Assembly: GCA_002269645.1 (NCBI GenBank)
Contig: NIVC01004457.1
Location: 1-45,097, forward strand
Length of the DNA stretch: 45,097 nt
Source of the DNA: Macrostomum lignano
Taxonomy: Eukaryota
Reading direction: 5' to 3'
Position 1 is the stretch's first letter, and every line of letters begins with the position of its first letter. The translations under genes and the position numbers were made by a program. Positions 1-11,111 of the stretch are shown here, in pieces. The notes beneath the pieces are model-generated. The model was not told the origin of the DNA and did not search any database. It worked only from the letters and a program-made list of their open reading frames with translations.

Positions 1-1216
1 AAATTATGGACAAGGCAAATATACAAACCTTAAAGTTGTACAGATTTAGATTGCATAATTTTAAGCACTTTTTGCACTTTTCGGTAAGAAGACTCAAATT
101 TAAGAAATTTTAAGGTCCTATAACACTTTCCATAGTAAATTTAGAGGGTGCAAAGTTTGGTTTAATTTGGTTGAGCCCCCCTAGTTTGGGAGTCTATACA
201 AAGTTAAATAATTTATATACACACATACACAATACACATATATACAGAGAAAAGAGAGAAGAGGATTTTCATTTTTATAGGTAGAGATTTATTTCAGTTA
301 CCATGTAAATAACACTGACAATATTTGCATGGTAGTACAGTACTATGCAAATAGTGTTTCAATTGCCAAAATAAAATAGCTAAATAATTTCCTAATTTAC
401 ACAAAGTCACAAATTTAGACTTGGTTGTGCACAAAATTTCTATTTTATTTGCTTGATGTTATGTCAATGTTTATGATCTATGACTACAATAGAATAATAA
501 TTTATAAATTTTGTCTGTTTTATCCATCTATTATAATTAAATTATAAGTAAAAAAGCATAGATCATAAAAAGGTTCTAGTTTTTTTATCTCGCTCTATGC
601 TTCAATAGTAGTATAATATAATCATATTTATCTATTATCCCTATCTTGTTAGGGATATATTCAAGGCTTCATCAACATACAATCTATACTATAAAAATAT
701 CATGTTACAGCCCTTCCCTAAGGCTATAGATGGACCAATGGCAATGAAAACATTCTTAAAAATGTTTAAGGGCCTTTAAATGTTTTATTTCGTGTTTTAA
801 TGTTAAGAACCGTTCCTCATAATAAAATGCTATTGTAAATAAATTTATGGTTCATATTTCGATTTCGATTCACGTAACTAGGCCTATTCAACGAAAAATA
901 AGTTTAACAAGCGGTAAAACTTGAAAAAGTGCGGGAAATTATTTCCTGTTCGTAAATCACGAAAATGGATTACGTATTCAGATGCAAAGCATTATGTAAT
1001 TTATGTTATTACGTCGTAATAAATGAAATATTGCAAATTGCGCCGAAAAATATTTAAAAAAGAAACAAAAAATTGATACGATAGATATTCATTTGCAAAT
1101 TTAAGTCAATTTTAATATTTAAGAATTACTTAAAGAAAAACGACTAGCGAACAATTAACTACTTGGCAGGTATTTCAACGATGAAATTATCGAATCGAAA
1201 GTAAAAATGCTATTTA

Positions 1217-2769
1217 AAGACGTAAAGACGGTCTCTGACTGTTTTTACCCTGGTTGCCTCTCTGGTAGCTTGTCTAAGGGTTGTGCGCAATCCGATTGGC
1301 CTGGCTTCGGCTAGCCCAATTTCTAAGGGTCCGCCCCGGAGGGGCTTTGCCCATTCTAAAAATAACCCAATTCTTTTTTCGTACATTCCAATAATTTGGC
1401 CATCGGCCCTGGGTTAGGGGTGGTGTACCTGGAGTGAGTTGGAGATCTGGACTGCAGTGTGGCTAGAACGGGACTTGAGCCCCCCGGTCGCACCCGCCCT
1501 GCAGGAAAGACGACCATTCACATAACTGTACGGTAGAGCCCAGTTGATGCTAGCCCTGAGGCTGGCCCCGGGTTAGGGTTCAGGTGCTCCTCCTTTCTGC
1601 CATTTTTTTCTGGGCTGGCATCCTAGCGCGGTTTTATCCCCATACTTTTATGTTTTTATTCTTTTATCGGGCCATGGAAGCCTTCCAATTCTCGGAGTTA
1701 TTATTGTGTCTAGGCTCTCATCTCTGACAGTGGATTGAAGTCCTGGGAAGGATGTTGTAGCGAGCAACTCTAGCTGGTTGTTGCGAGTGTTAGTTAGCCA
1801 CTCAAAAAGGTGAAGAAATAGAATGTGGCTGTGCCTGTATATTTATTGTCTGGTTGAACACAGATTTCCGGTTCATTGAGTGCGCGTTGGGATGTGCTCG
1901 CAGAGGGAAGTGGATAGGCTAGGTGGGGGTAACGGAGTGCAAACTAGTGAATGAAGACGCTGTCGTCTTCAAAGGTGGGACGATGGGTTATTAATGTTTG
2001 TAACTTTTATGGCTATGACAGCTATTTATTTAACCCAAATTAAGATTTTCATTTTTAACATTTTCAATTCCAATTCTGTTTTTCGCGCACTCCGAGGACT
2101 TGTCTGCTGGGGGTAGCCTGGGTGGACTCGGTCCTAGTATCAGCGTTCAAATCGCTGATATGCTATTACAAACTTATCATAGATATTTAATGTTAGACCC
2201 ACCCATTTGCCTGCACTAAAACAGCCACGCAGACCATGCGTGCCCTCTCCGTGTTAATTTATCTAGCTGCCTAACTATACAAAAAAGCAAATAAGATGGG
2301 TGGGGCGGAAAAATATCACGCCACCACCCAACGCTGCCCCCGAGCACAATGTCGAGCATTATAAATACAATGCAATTGAAAGAGCCGAGGCTCTCCACTG
2401 CCGAGTTGAGTAAAGTTTGAGCTCAAACCTAAGAAAAGGACTTGTCTCAGTTCTTCGAAGTTTCTGCCTGTCGTGGCAGAGGGGTAGCAGGCGTGTAAGG
2501 TAGTGGGCGTGAGAGGCCTTTCAGAGACTACCGATAAAAGACCTGTTACACCTAGCACCGTCCCTGATTCCACTTTTTGGGTTGGCGGTGTCTTGTACCA
2601 TAGGCTTGGGCTAGTAGCTCCAAAATTTCCCCCTGGCCTGACTCCGGGGCCCAATCAGGAGGGTATCTCGGGCTTAGGCCCCTGGAAGTGCCCCTCAGCG
2701 GCAGAGCCCCCCCCCCCAGGGCTGATCCGCGGGAAGCAAGCTCTTTCCAGCCCGTTTAACAACAACAAC
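1217..2769 (+). mobile_element. Non-coding retroposed element (SINE-like or LINE-derived) with spliced-leader-like 5' end and (AAC)n tail
   Basis: Identical 14-bp direct repeats AAAAATGCTATTTA at 1203-1216 and 2770-2783. GC-richer interior in AT-rich flanks. 3' stem GGGCTG...CAGCCC directly before the TTTAACAACAACAAC tail. No RT-like ORF. Confidence 0.75.
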
Positions 2770-3853
2770 AAAAATGCTATTTATAGATATTAAAGATGTA
2801 TAACATCATTGCGTAATAGTAATAAACGTGAAAACGCGGTTACGAAAAAGAAGCAACAATGATATTGGTTATACGTGACGTTCGAGTTCGAAGACGAGTG
2901 CCAGTATACAGATGAACAAACTGCAACTATGATTGCTGATGGAGTATCTTTATTAGTGAATAAACGAACATATTTTTCCGTTTACTTACACGATGAAATA
3001 TTTTACACTAAAGCTATTTCAAGCGACGTCAAATCATTTTGTGAATACATTTAACACTAATATTCGCTAGCTATTTCTAAGAGATAAAATATGTGTGTTA
3101 TACTTCCTACTCTTAAAAATTCTAAGAATTTTTCCTTAGAACTGTGCGCATACTGTTTAAAGTAGTATGCATCCTCAAGTAGAAATTATAGAATATTTTG
3201 CTACAAAAACAATTTTTATGAGTTTAAGTTGGAATCATTTGCAATTAAACAAACAGCTGGAATCACTAGATATTAGGCAATAATAATGATTGACTGCTCA
3301 TCAGATTTTTTATGTACAACAGAACCAGTTAGTAGTGTAAAACAGTAGAGATTAAAAATTCTCTCCCAGCTTCCTAAAAATGGGTCGAACTATGGCCATA
3401 AAGTACTGGTTACGTGAAATCAGAAGTAGAATTAGAAGAAGCATTACGCTATACAAGCTACACTCGGTTTTCTTATATTATCTTATTATCTATTATGATA
3501 ATATTTGATATTATCTTATCAAAATATAAATTAGGTTTTAACACCGACACAAACTCACTGACTTCAAGAGAATACACAAAGTAGCTCCGGTCTCCCAACT
3601 TTTTACTTCCCTAGTATTGAAGGCCCTGGTAACGTATATTTTTCGCATCGCTAGCGCATTTAGTAAATGCTCTAGAGAACGCATTGCACTAGTGAACCTG
3701 CAGGGGGGTTTCACCATAGACAAATTTGGTTGAGAAAAGTCAGCACTGAAAAAAATCCGATAATTTTCGAGAGCATACACTACACACTAGCGATACGACA
3801 AATATACGTTCCTTCTAATATACGGCAAAACCGATCGTGTAGCGTCCTTCACT

Positions 3854-4918
3854 TCAGTTGTTCAATGGATGGAAGACGTCGACCACTTGACTGCTGTCCC
3901 GCTGTGCCGGCAGCAACTCCCGTTCGCACTCACAACAGATGCCGATCAGGTTGCCAAGTCCCAGTAAATATCCCGTGTCTGGTTGATTGTCCGGCACTGG
4001 AACTACGTGCGTGAAGTCAACCATGCAAACCAGCACATCCGGGTCACGTTGCGGACAGCTCTCGACGCCCAGTAGGATTGAACTGGCGTAGAAATGGTAC
4101 ATGCGTTGAGTCTCGAACCAGCGTTGAAGGCTCTCCAAGCCAGCTAGCAGCTGCTTGACTAAAAACACCCGATGCTGCGCTGGAGCCGTCGACAACAGCG
4201 GCTGCAGCACGGCGGTTTGCATGTTAGACGGCGTTACCTCGCGACCGTAGCGTTTTCCGTGCAACTCATAACCGTGACACTCCTGGCGCCACAGGCGCAT
4301 TCCAGTGACGAAAAAACCAGTCTGTTGCCGGTAGGCGTACCTTGAGAAATGAGTTGAAATGAAATATCAACCCTGTGCTTGTGTATCGTTCGATTCGATC
4401 CCTGTGTTGTACACTGCTGGCTAAAATAATATGCATGTAAGGAGCAGCAGAAAGTCACCGATTTTGGTCTCAAAAAGATGATCACCACTCGACTATAAAA
4501 TTAATTTAGCATGGCCGCACCTGTCCGGTCGTTCCTTCGTTTCGCCGCTGCAATCTGGCTCGTGTCGCCGGGCGCCCATCTTGATGTCAATTATGGACGG
4601 TCGAGCGAATCCGTCCAGCAAGTCGCTCAGACGGATGTACAGCTTACCAGTTACCGGATGCTGGTGCACACCCAGAAAGCTCGACAGGAAGCAGCGCAGG
4701 GCCGACAGTTGCTGCACCTGATGCCGTTGCTGCGGGTCGAATGGAGGCTCATCCTTCCGCGAGCCAAACACGGCCTCGTAGAAGTTCACCTCTCTCGGGC
4801 CCTTCGGCGCCTCCTGGACTGGTTTATAGACGCAGCGCTCGCTCGGCGAGTACAGAACTGCGGATTTGTAGTTGGTGTAGCCCGTTAAGAATAATATTCG
4901 CAGGAGGGCTGCGGGCAT
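3854..4918 (-). CDS. IPMK: Inositol polyphosphate multikinase (IPK family); exons ~4918/4978-4521 and 4340-3854
   Basis: Motifs KPVQEAPKGPREVNFY, PSIIDIKMG (PxxxDxKxG), GFFVTGMR, SSILL and MVDFTH. A GT-AG intron at 4520-4341 joins the two ORFs in frame (PDR|YAYRQQTGFF). The start codon is uncertain. Confidence 0.9.
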
Positions 4919-6022
4919 CCTGGCGCAGCGCCTTCGGCGACATCGTCCTACAACCAGCGCTGAGGCAGCTCTGCCCATTCCGCTGACTCCTGAGTACATG
5001 CAAGCGCGCCAATGCTGTACGCATGCACGCACTCATGCACACGCCCCAGACAGGTACAGGGTGTACAGTGAACATGAGTTTCTAATCGTCAGGCATGTAC
5101 ACTCTCTGTGCCATGACCCTCATGGGTGTTAATCGTACGACACACCCCCGGGGCCGATTTTCGTGCACCAGCCCCAAATTAATGTGGCCGGCCGCGCAAG
5201 GAATGAAGCAGGGGAGGAGCCGCGAGGGTCAAACGCGTTTGCCACTGAGCTGCTCTGCCCCCCCCCAGAGTAAGCACATTTCCGTGTTACTGCAACAGTA
5301 TCCTATAGTCATTACTTCGTAAAAAACTACGAGTTCATGAGAGATGCTTTCTTTACAGGTACTGGCTAGAGAAGAGTCTAAAGACTAGACGGAAATAATT
5401 AGCGGCCAATTTAAGTAAATTTGCAGTGTAAATTTGTTCCTCGTAACCTGCACTAGAATTGGATTGCTCCGATGAGCCGATAAAAAAATAATGTTAAGGG
5501 CTAGCTCTTGGTTTTTAAAGCATAGTCAGTCCGGAAACAGAGTCGAATGCTTGAAGTTTAGACGTTGCCAGTTTAGCAATTCACATTGTTGCACATAGCG
5601 TTTTGTTTAAACTTGTTGCACAAATGACTTTAAAAGCTTCCTACATGTATTTCTGCTCAGACTTGCTTTTGTCAATAAACTTGCATGTATTTTACATGTT
5701 TGTTAGCAGTCAGAGAGCAAGTTTTGTTTAACTTCCTAGTGGGTCTGGAAATTCGAAATAAAACTTGTAGTTGCCTTAATTGCTGGCTATCAGAACGGGG
5801 ATCGTAATCCCTTTCTCTGCGATAAAAATACTGCTCATAGATAATGTGTAGACTAGTGTTTAAAATATCAACAAACTTGAAATTTGCAGCAAGCGAGAGA
5901 GTCAAAACACACTGTAGATCATAATTAACCTTTGTGTGTCTGCGCTGCGATCTGTCTTAATACAAATAACAGCGCATGTGAGCCTACTGTACTGTTAAAC
6001 AGCTGAATTACGCAGTTTTTAA

Positions 6023-6193
6023 GGGTGATTTCACAACCGCTAAAAGCACTTGCTTTCATAAACGACAGTCTTTTTAGCGGTTGTGAAGTTTCGCGGTTGT
6101 GAAAGTAGATGACATTTAGCGGTTGTGAAGTTTCGCGTTTGTGAAAGTAGGTGATTTAGCGGTTGTGAAATTTTGCGTTTGTGAAAGCAACCC
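6023..6193. repeat. Small MITE-like cluster of TTAGCGGTTGTGAA motifs in direct and inverted orientation
   Basis: TTCACAACCGCTAAAA near 6030 is the reverse complement of TTTTAGCGGTTGTGAA near 6072, and the motif recurs twice more. Imperfect termini GGGTGATTTCACAA / TTGTGAAAGCAACCC. No clear TSD. Confidence 0.5.
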
Positions 6194-6536
6194 GTTTTTA
6201 AGTGGCATTATCTTCCAGTTTTTACATTGCCGAGGGTTGTGTCATAAGTTCGCGGATAAAACAGACTGCAGTAGAAGAAAGCATTGTAAAACTCGGCGTC
6301 GCACTTCTTCATACAGTTGCTGCGCACAATTGTGTCATCGTCTCTCTGACAGCTTGCTGAAATCGTCAGCAAAGAATTCTGTGAGGCCCCCCCCCTTTCT
6401 ACCCACCCACTGGTTAACTCTGCTTAACTCAATGCAGACTACAAGCGTATATTGCTGGCAGCCCAGGGCCGGCAAAATAGGGTAGGTAACCATCTAATTA
6501 AATCCTAAGTGTCTGATGGCGTTCACAGTTTCACAA

Positions 6537-6905
6537 CTACGAGCTAGGTGTCAGCATCCAGTTGTCAGCAGTTTTGCATGGAATCCAGCTATAGTAACGA
6601 AGCGTGTCATCCACGAAAATTATGTGGTGAACGCAATAAAGACTCAACCCAAGGATGTCCCAATCGAGCTGTCGCAGCGTCACTCGTCGAGCTGCATCCA
6701 TCACCTGCTGCACACCATGCACCTTTGTTTCTGTCGTTGCAGATCGAGAAATTGAGAAGGACCAAAACGCACAGCATCTTTCATGGTTTCCCAGCAGTCT
6801 TTCAAACGCTGCATCATCAAATTGAACTGCGTTTTGTGCTGCCTGCATTTGCCAGCGAGCTTTGACATAAACCTCGTACATGTCACCTTCATATGACCTC
6901 TTTCG
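6537..6905 (-). CDS. Possible coding exon of an unidentified gene
   Basis: Stop-free frame of over 110 codons with protein-like composition (YEGDMYEVYVKARW...LRQLDWDILGLSLYCVHHIIFVDD), preceded by acceptor-like TTTTATAG. No family recognised. Confidence 0.35.
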   Translation of the reverse strand, partial: RKRSYEGDMYEVYVKARWQMQAAQNAVQFDDAAFERLLGNHERCCAFWSFSISRSATTETKVHGVQQVMDAARRVTLRQLDWDILGLSLYCVHHIIFVDDTLRYYSWIPCKTADNWMLTPSS

Positions 6906-9276
6906 CTATAAAATTGCGCCCTGCTACACGAAAAGGGAATAAGCATTGTTCATATAGAAATGTCTGTTCATAGCAGAGGGACATAGCGATAAAAATCCGC
7001 GGTCTCTGCATTCGGACTGAGGTATGGAGTGTGACACTTTGCCTGCACTCATTAATGTACAGCCGCAGGCGCTCAGGCGAGCAAAATGGTCAGAAAGTTA
7101 GATAAGTAGAGAAGAAAATGGATGCTATTTTTATTAGCTATGGTCACTGCAAACAAAACGAAAGTTCACGACAATGTGAAAATTGCGCAGCCAAGTCTTG
7201 ATGTACTTCGCATTTGCTTACATTGACCGAGCGGATCGTCTCCTGAAAAAAGAATTGTTTGTTGGATTCTTTAATAACTGATTGTGTCTGTTGCCTAAAT
7301 TGTGTCAATGTGGTCTATTGAGAAATTTAAACCCCTGTGATCATGTGATAAAATACATACCGATTTTATGTGGTAGCAGATTGCCATAACCCGTGATTTG
7401 ATGCTCGTAATTGCATACGTCTGAAGGCAAATGAGGATGTTCTGTTGAAGAGAGAGACATATCTATCACTTTTTTAGTTTCATCTGAAAGTGAATTAATT
7501 ATAAGGATTGATTCAGAATAGTTAATTGTGGAGAGGGTGCAACAAATCAAAATATGTAAACATCTGCAGTATATGAACCATGCATCAGTATAGAAAAAGT
7601 GTACATCAGACATAATCATAAGCTAGTTAACACAAGCTCTTGCTAAATTTACCGCCAATAGTATATTGAAAATATACTTCAATACTCGGAATGCAAAAAA
7701 CCTATTTGTACACTTAATATTTATACAAGGCAGAAATTTTAATAAAATAACATAGCTATAATAGCTATAATAAAAGCTAATTGGTGTGAATTTTTAAAAA
7801 GCTTTTAATGAATGTCGAAAAGTCATTTGCTCAATTGAATGACTCAAGAGAGAATCAAATATGAGTTTGATTAAAGAATTCAAAACTGCAAAACTATTAA
7901 AAATTGTACATTACTAAAAGAAGATATAACTGTTTTTTCGTTATTTTTGCACGGAAACTGTCTGTGTGAAACGTATGTGATTGTGTCGGTTGTAAAGTAT
8001 GCTTTAAAATATTAAATTAAAAGGTCTGAATTAACAACTCTAAAGAAATCGATTCAAAAATTTTAAGACAAGACTAATGTATGACTTACCTAGACGACAC
8101 AAATGGGCCTTGAGTGATGATAAAATATAAATTGTTTGTATAAAATGTTAAACAAAGTTTTCGTACGAATATCGTTCTTCAACGAACCTTGACATTACAC
8201 TTTTCCTTAGTAAAATTCTTGCAATAGACTAAATTTTATTTTTTATTTTTTATAATTTAAAAATTCATTTTTGTTCTTCTACTAGGTCAAAGACGAAAAA
8301 CGAATTTGTTTAAATTTGTTTCATTTTTTAAAAATCTGCTTAAAGCAGTTCAATAACGTCTTTACGGGACGGTTTAGGCAGTTCAATGTTTGCAGCGTCG
8401 TAGTGGTGGCTAGAAGTTGAAATCTTACAGGTTCATAAACTGCTAATTAGAACTATATATCCTGAAGCTGCTGTGATACTTCAGAGTTGCCGACGATTGA
8501 TAAATTCGGATGACGGCTTACAGTGTTGTTTAATATTTTACGAGCTATAGCACCAAACCCAAGTATCTAGGCCAAGAACGTGACGACCAAAAATCTCTAA
8601 GTACTATATCGCCGTTACGAATTTAAACATAAATCGTCCACAATTGCATGTGATGAGGACGCACTTTTTTTCCAAATTTCACGCTCGCACATGGGTGCAG
8701 GGTTCCAAACTTGCTAGCCTACATGTACTAACAGCAGGCTTTGGGCGTTTTTCTCCCTCTTGCAATTTTTCTAGAATTCATGCTAGTGTAGCTATTTCTG
8801 TATTTCTGTTTCCGACTTCTGTAGCTATATTAATCTGCCATACTTGTAGTTATAATAATATACGCGTGGTTTTTTGCTGCTTTTGGGTCATAAATCATTG
8901 CGTCTGAGCTGGTCTGACAGCCACCTGCGCCTCACTCAATGCTGAGGCTGGCGCCAGATGGTCTGAGAGGATTCGGGCGGTGGCTTTTTTCTCATCATTT
9001 TGACAGGCCATCAAGATTTATGAGGTCAGGGCCTATTGTTCGTGTTCACTCAAGCGTGTGACAGCTTTGACAGCTATGCGTTTTACCCCTAAAAGTACGT
9101 TGGGATTAGCGATTAGCGATTTCTCTTCATTATCTTCACTTTCTACTTAATAAGAGCTTCTAATGTATATTTTTCATTAACCTTTGTCATTTCTACGCGA
9201 AAGGTCATAAATCATTATGTAGCGATTTTGAGTGATTTATGACCGCACCTGTCGTATTTTTATGGCCCCGAGGGAA

Positions 9277-9770
9277 CTGATAGGATCTCTTGGTCACGTG
9301 AGTTTTGGTGGTAACAATCAGAAAATTCGACGTGCGTTATAACAAATCGGCTCAGCCAATCAGAATCGAGGTGTTCCATTATAACAAAATGGCGGTCCAG
9401 TTGGCGGCTATAAAAACCGGCGTTTTTGGCCCCGCTCGGACTTCAACTTGGCCGGTCACCTGTCACCTGACACCCAGCTGCCACTCGCGACCGTCGTCTC
9501 TTGATCCCCGGATCGCGACTTCCCCCATCACCATCAAGGACGAATTCCCCGGTCGTCAGCAGCGAACATCAAAGTTGAGAGCATCACCTGCTAGCTATCT
9601 GCGAAGATTGTGAAAATCAGCATCATCCCGAGTCTACAGCTGCGAAGCACTAAGCCGATTCGGTCACTGTGGATTACCTGGTCTCCGGCTGTTGAGTTTC
9701 TGATTGGTTGGGTGAGAGGCTACCTAGACTTGCTTGATTGGGTGATTCCTTATCTGTCCCCTATTTCAGT
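9277..9770 (+). other. LTR-like or promoter-like GC-rich block
   Basis: Two CAATCAGA/CCAAT-like boxes and TATAAAAA (~9408). Imperfect terminal complement CTGATAGG...CCTATTTCAG. No TSD found. Confidence 0.3.
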
Positions 9771-11111
9771 AGCTGGATTAGGCGCACACTTTTGCTCATT
9801 TTGTTCAACAGTGCTGTTATCGAGGCAGAAATCACTCAATAATACTGCTAGTAGTCTAAGACTCCAATTCAATCTGAGATGTGAAGTGATTTAAGGAGAA
9901 GGTTAAATCTGACAGTTATTTTTATCGGTTTTATTTCTTTGCTCGCCGATGGCTCAGATGAGGAGCTAAGCTAGTAGGCGCCGGTCACAGTGGACCAATG
10001 GCAAGGCAGTTCCAGTCGATCAATCTATCAAATCAGTTAGCGAAATTGCCAATAGTGCAAAATCGGCGCTAGAGATGTACTTTGTGCACTCTAGGTTAGC
10101 CAAGCGGCTCGGGTAATGAATCATGCGGTCTCTGAAGTTCGAGTTAGTCTATCATCAGCGCTATGAGAGGCTAGTTGGCGCGTTGAAGGCCAAAAGTACA
10201 TATCTTCGTATTTAGCAATGTAATAGTACATGCAGCTTCCCCATAGACTCGCCACCGCAAGAATCCCCTGCACAAGTCCCCTCTGTACCTGCATGGCCAA
10301 TGCGATCTAGTCCCAGCAGTGTCCCTTATATCATTGGCTATGACTTCGAGATTGACAGCAAAAAGACACTAGTTGGCAGGTAAGTGCTAAGCCCCCTCTA
10401 GTCGGAAGCCCGATTTCGAAAGTCCCGGTTTGGTGAGCCAGGACGCACGGGCTGGTGGCAGCGGGTTAGTTAATCTGCGGATTGGCTAATCTCTACCTTC
10501 AAAAATTCTCCCTGCTTGTCTCTCGCTGTCCCTCTCTTAGCTATAGGACCTAGACTGCTCGCCACACGATCAAGCTACCATGGGGCTGACCATCTGACAG
10601 GAGTGGGGGGCCAGGACTCTAATTGATTTATTTCTGAGACCTGAGGCCCGAAGGCTTCCCCACAAGGGGGCCGAAAGGTCGAAACCTATCACATGCAATA
10701 AAACAATAATCGATAATCATTATAATGCAGTATAACAATAAAGGAAACATCTAATAAATATGTAAATATGTACAATTACTTCTGAGTTCAAACTCAATAT
10801 TGCAAATTGCACGTGAAAACTACAGTAAAAAACAGGCGTAATGAAGGATTATACTTGAAGAATGTAAAGGGAATACATTTTGATAGGAAAGGGGATAGAA
10901 AGATTTAGCAGTTTTAGAATACGAAAAAGCTTTTTTGTTTCAAAAAATGTTCAAACTGAAAAAGAGATATTCCGTTCAACGTATTCTCGACAAAAATATG
11001 TTTTCTTGTATCAGCACATCTTCGTATCCCCATCCCCCCGATACCACCGGCGAACATACTTGCCCGCCAACCGTTATAATTAATGATGGAAGCAAAAATA
11101 AATAAGAATTA

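Noticed and set aside
1411-1580. GGGTTAGGG telomere-like motifs (also ~38761)
   Set aside because: Isolated single units, not an array.
4511-4888. Plus-strand ORFs overlapping IPMK, RT, Harbinger and GT exons
   Set aside because: Antisense or shadow ORFs of GC-rich coding sequence with no recognisable motifs.
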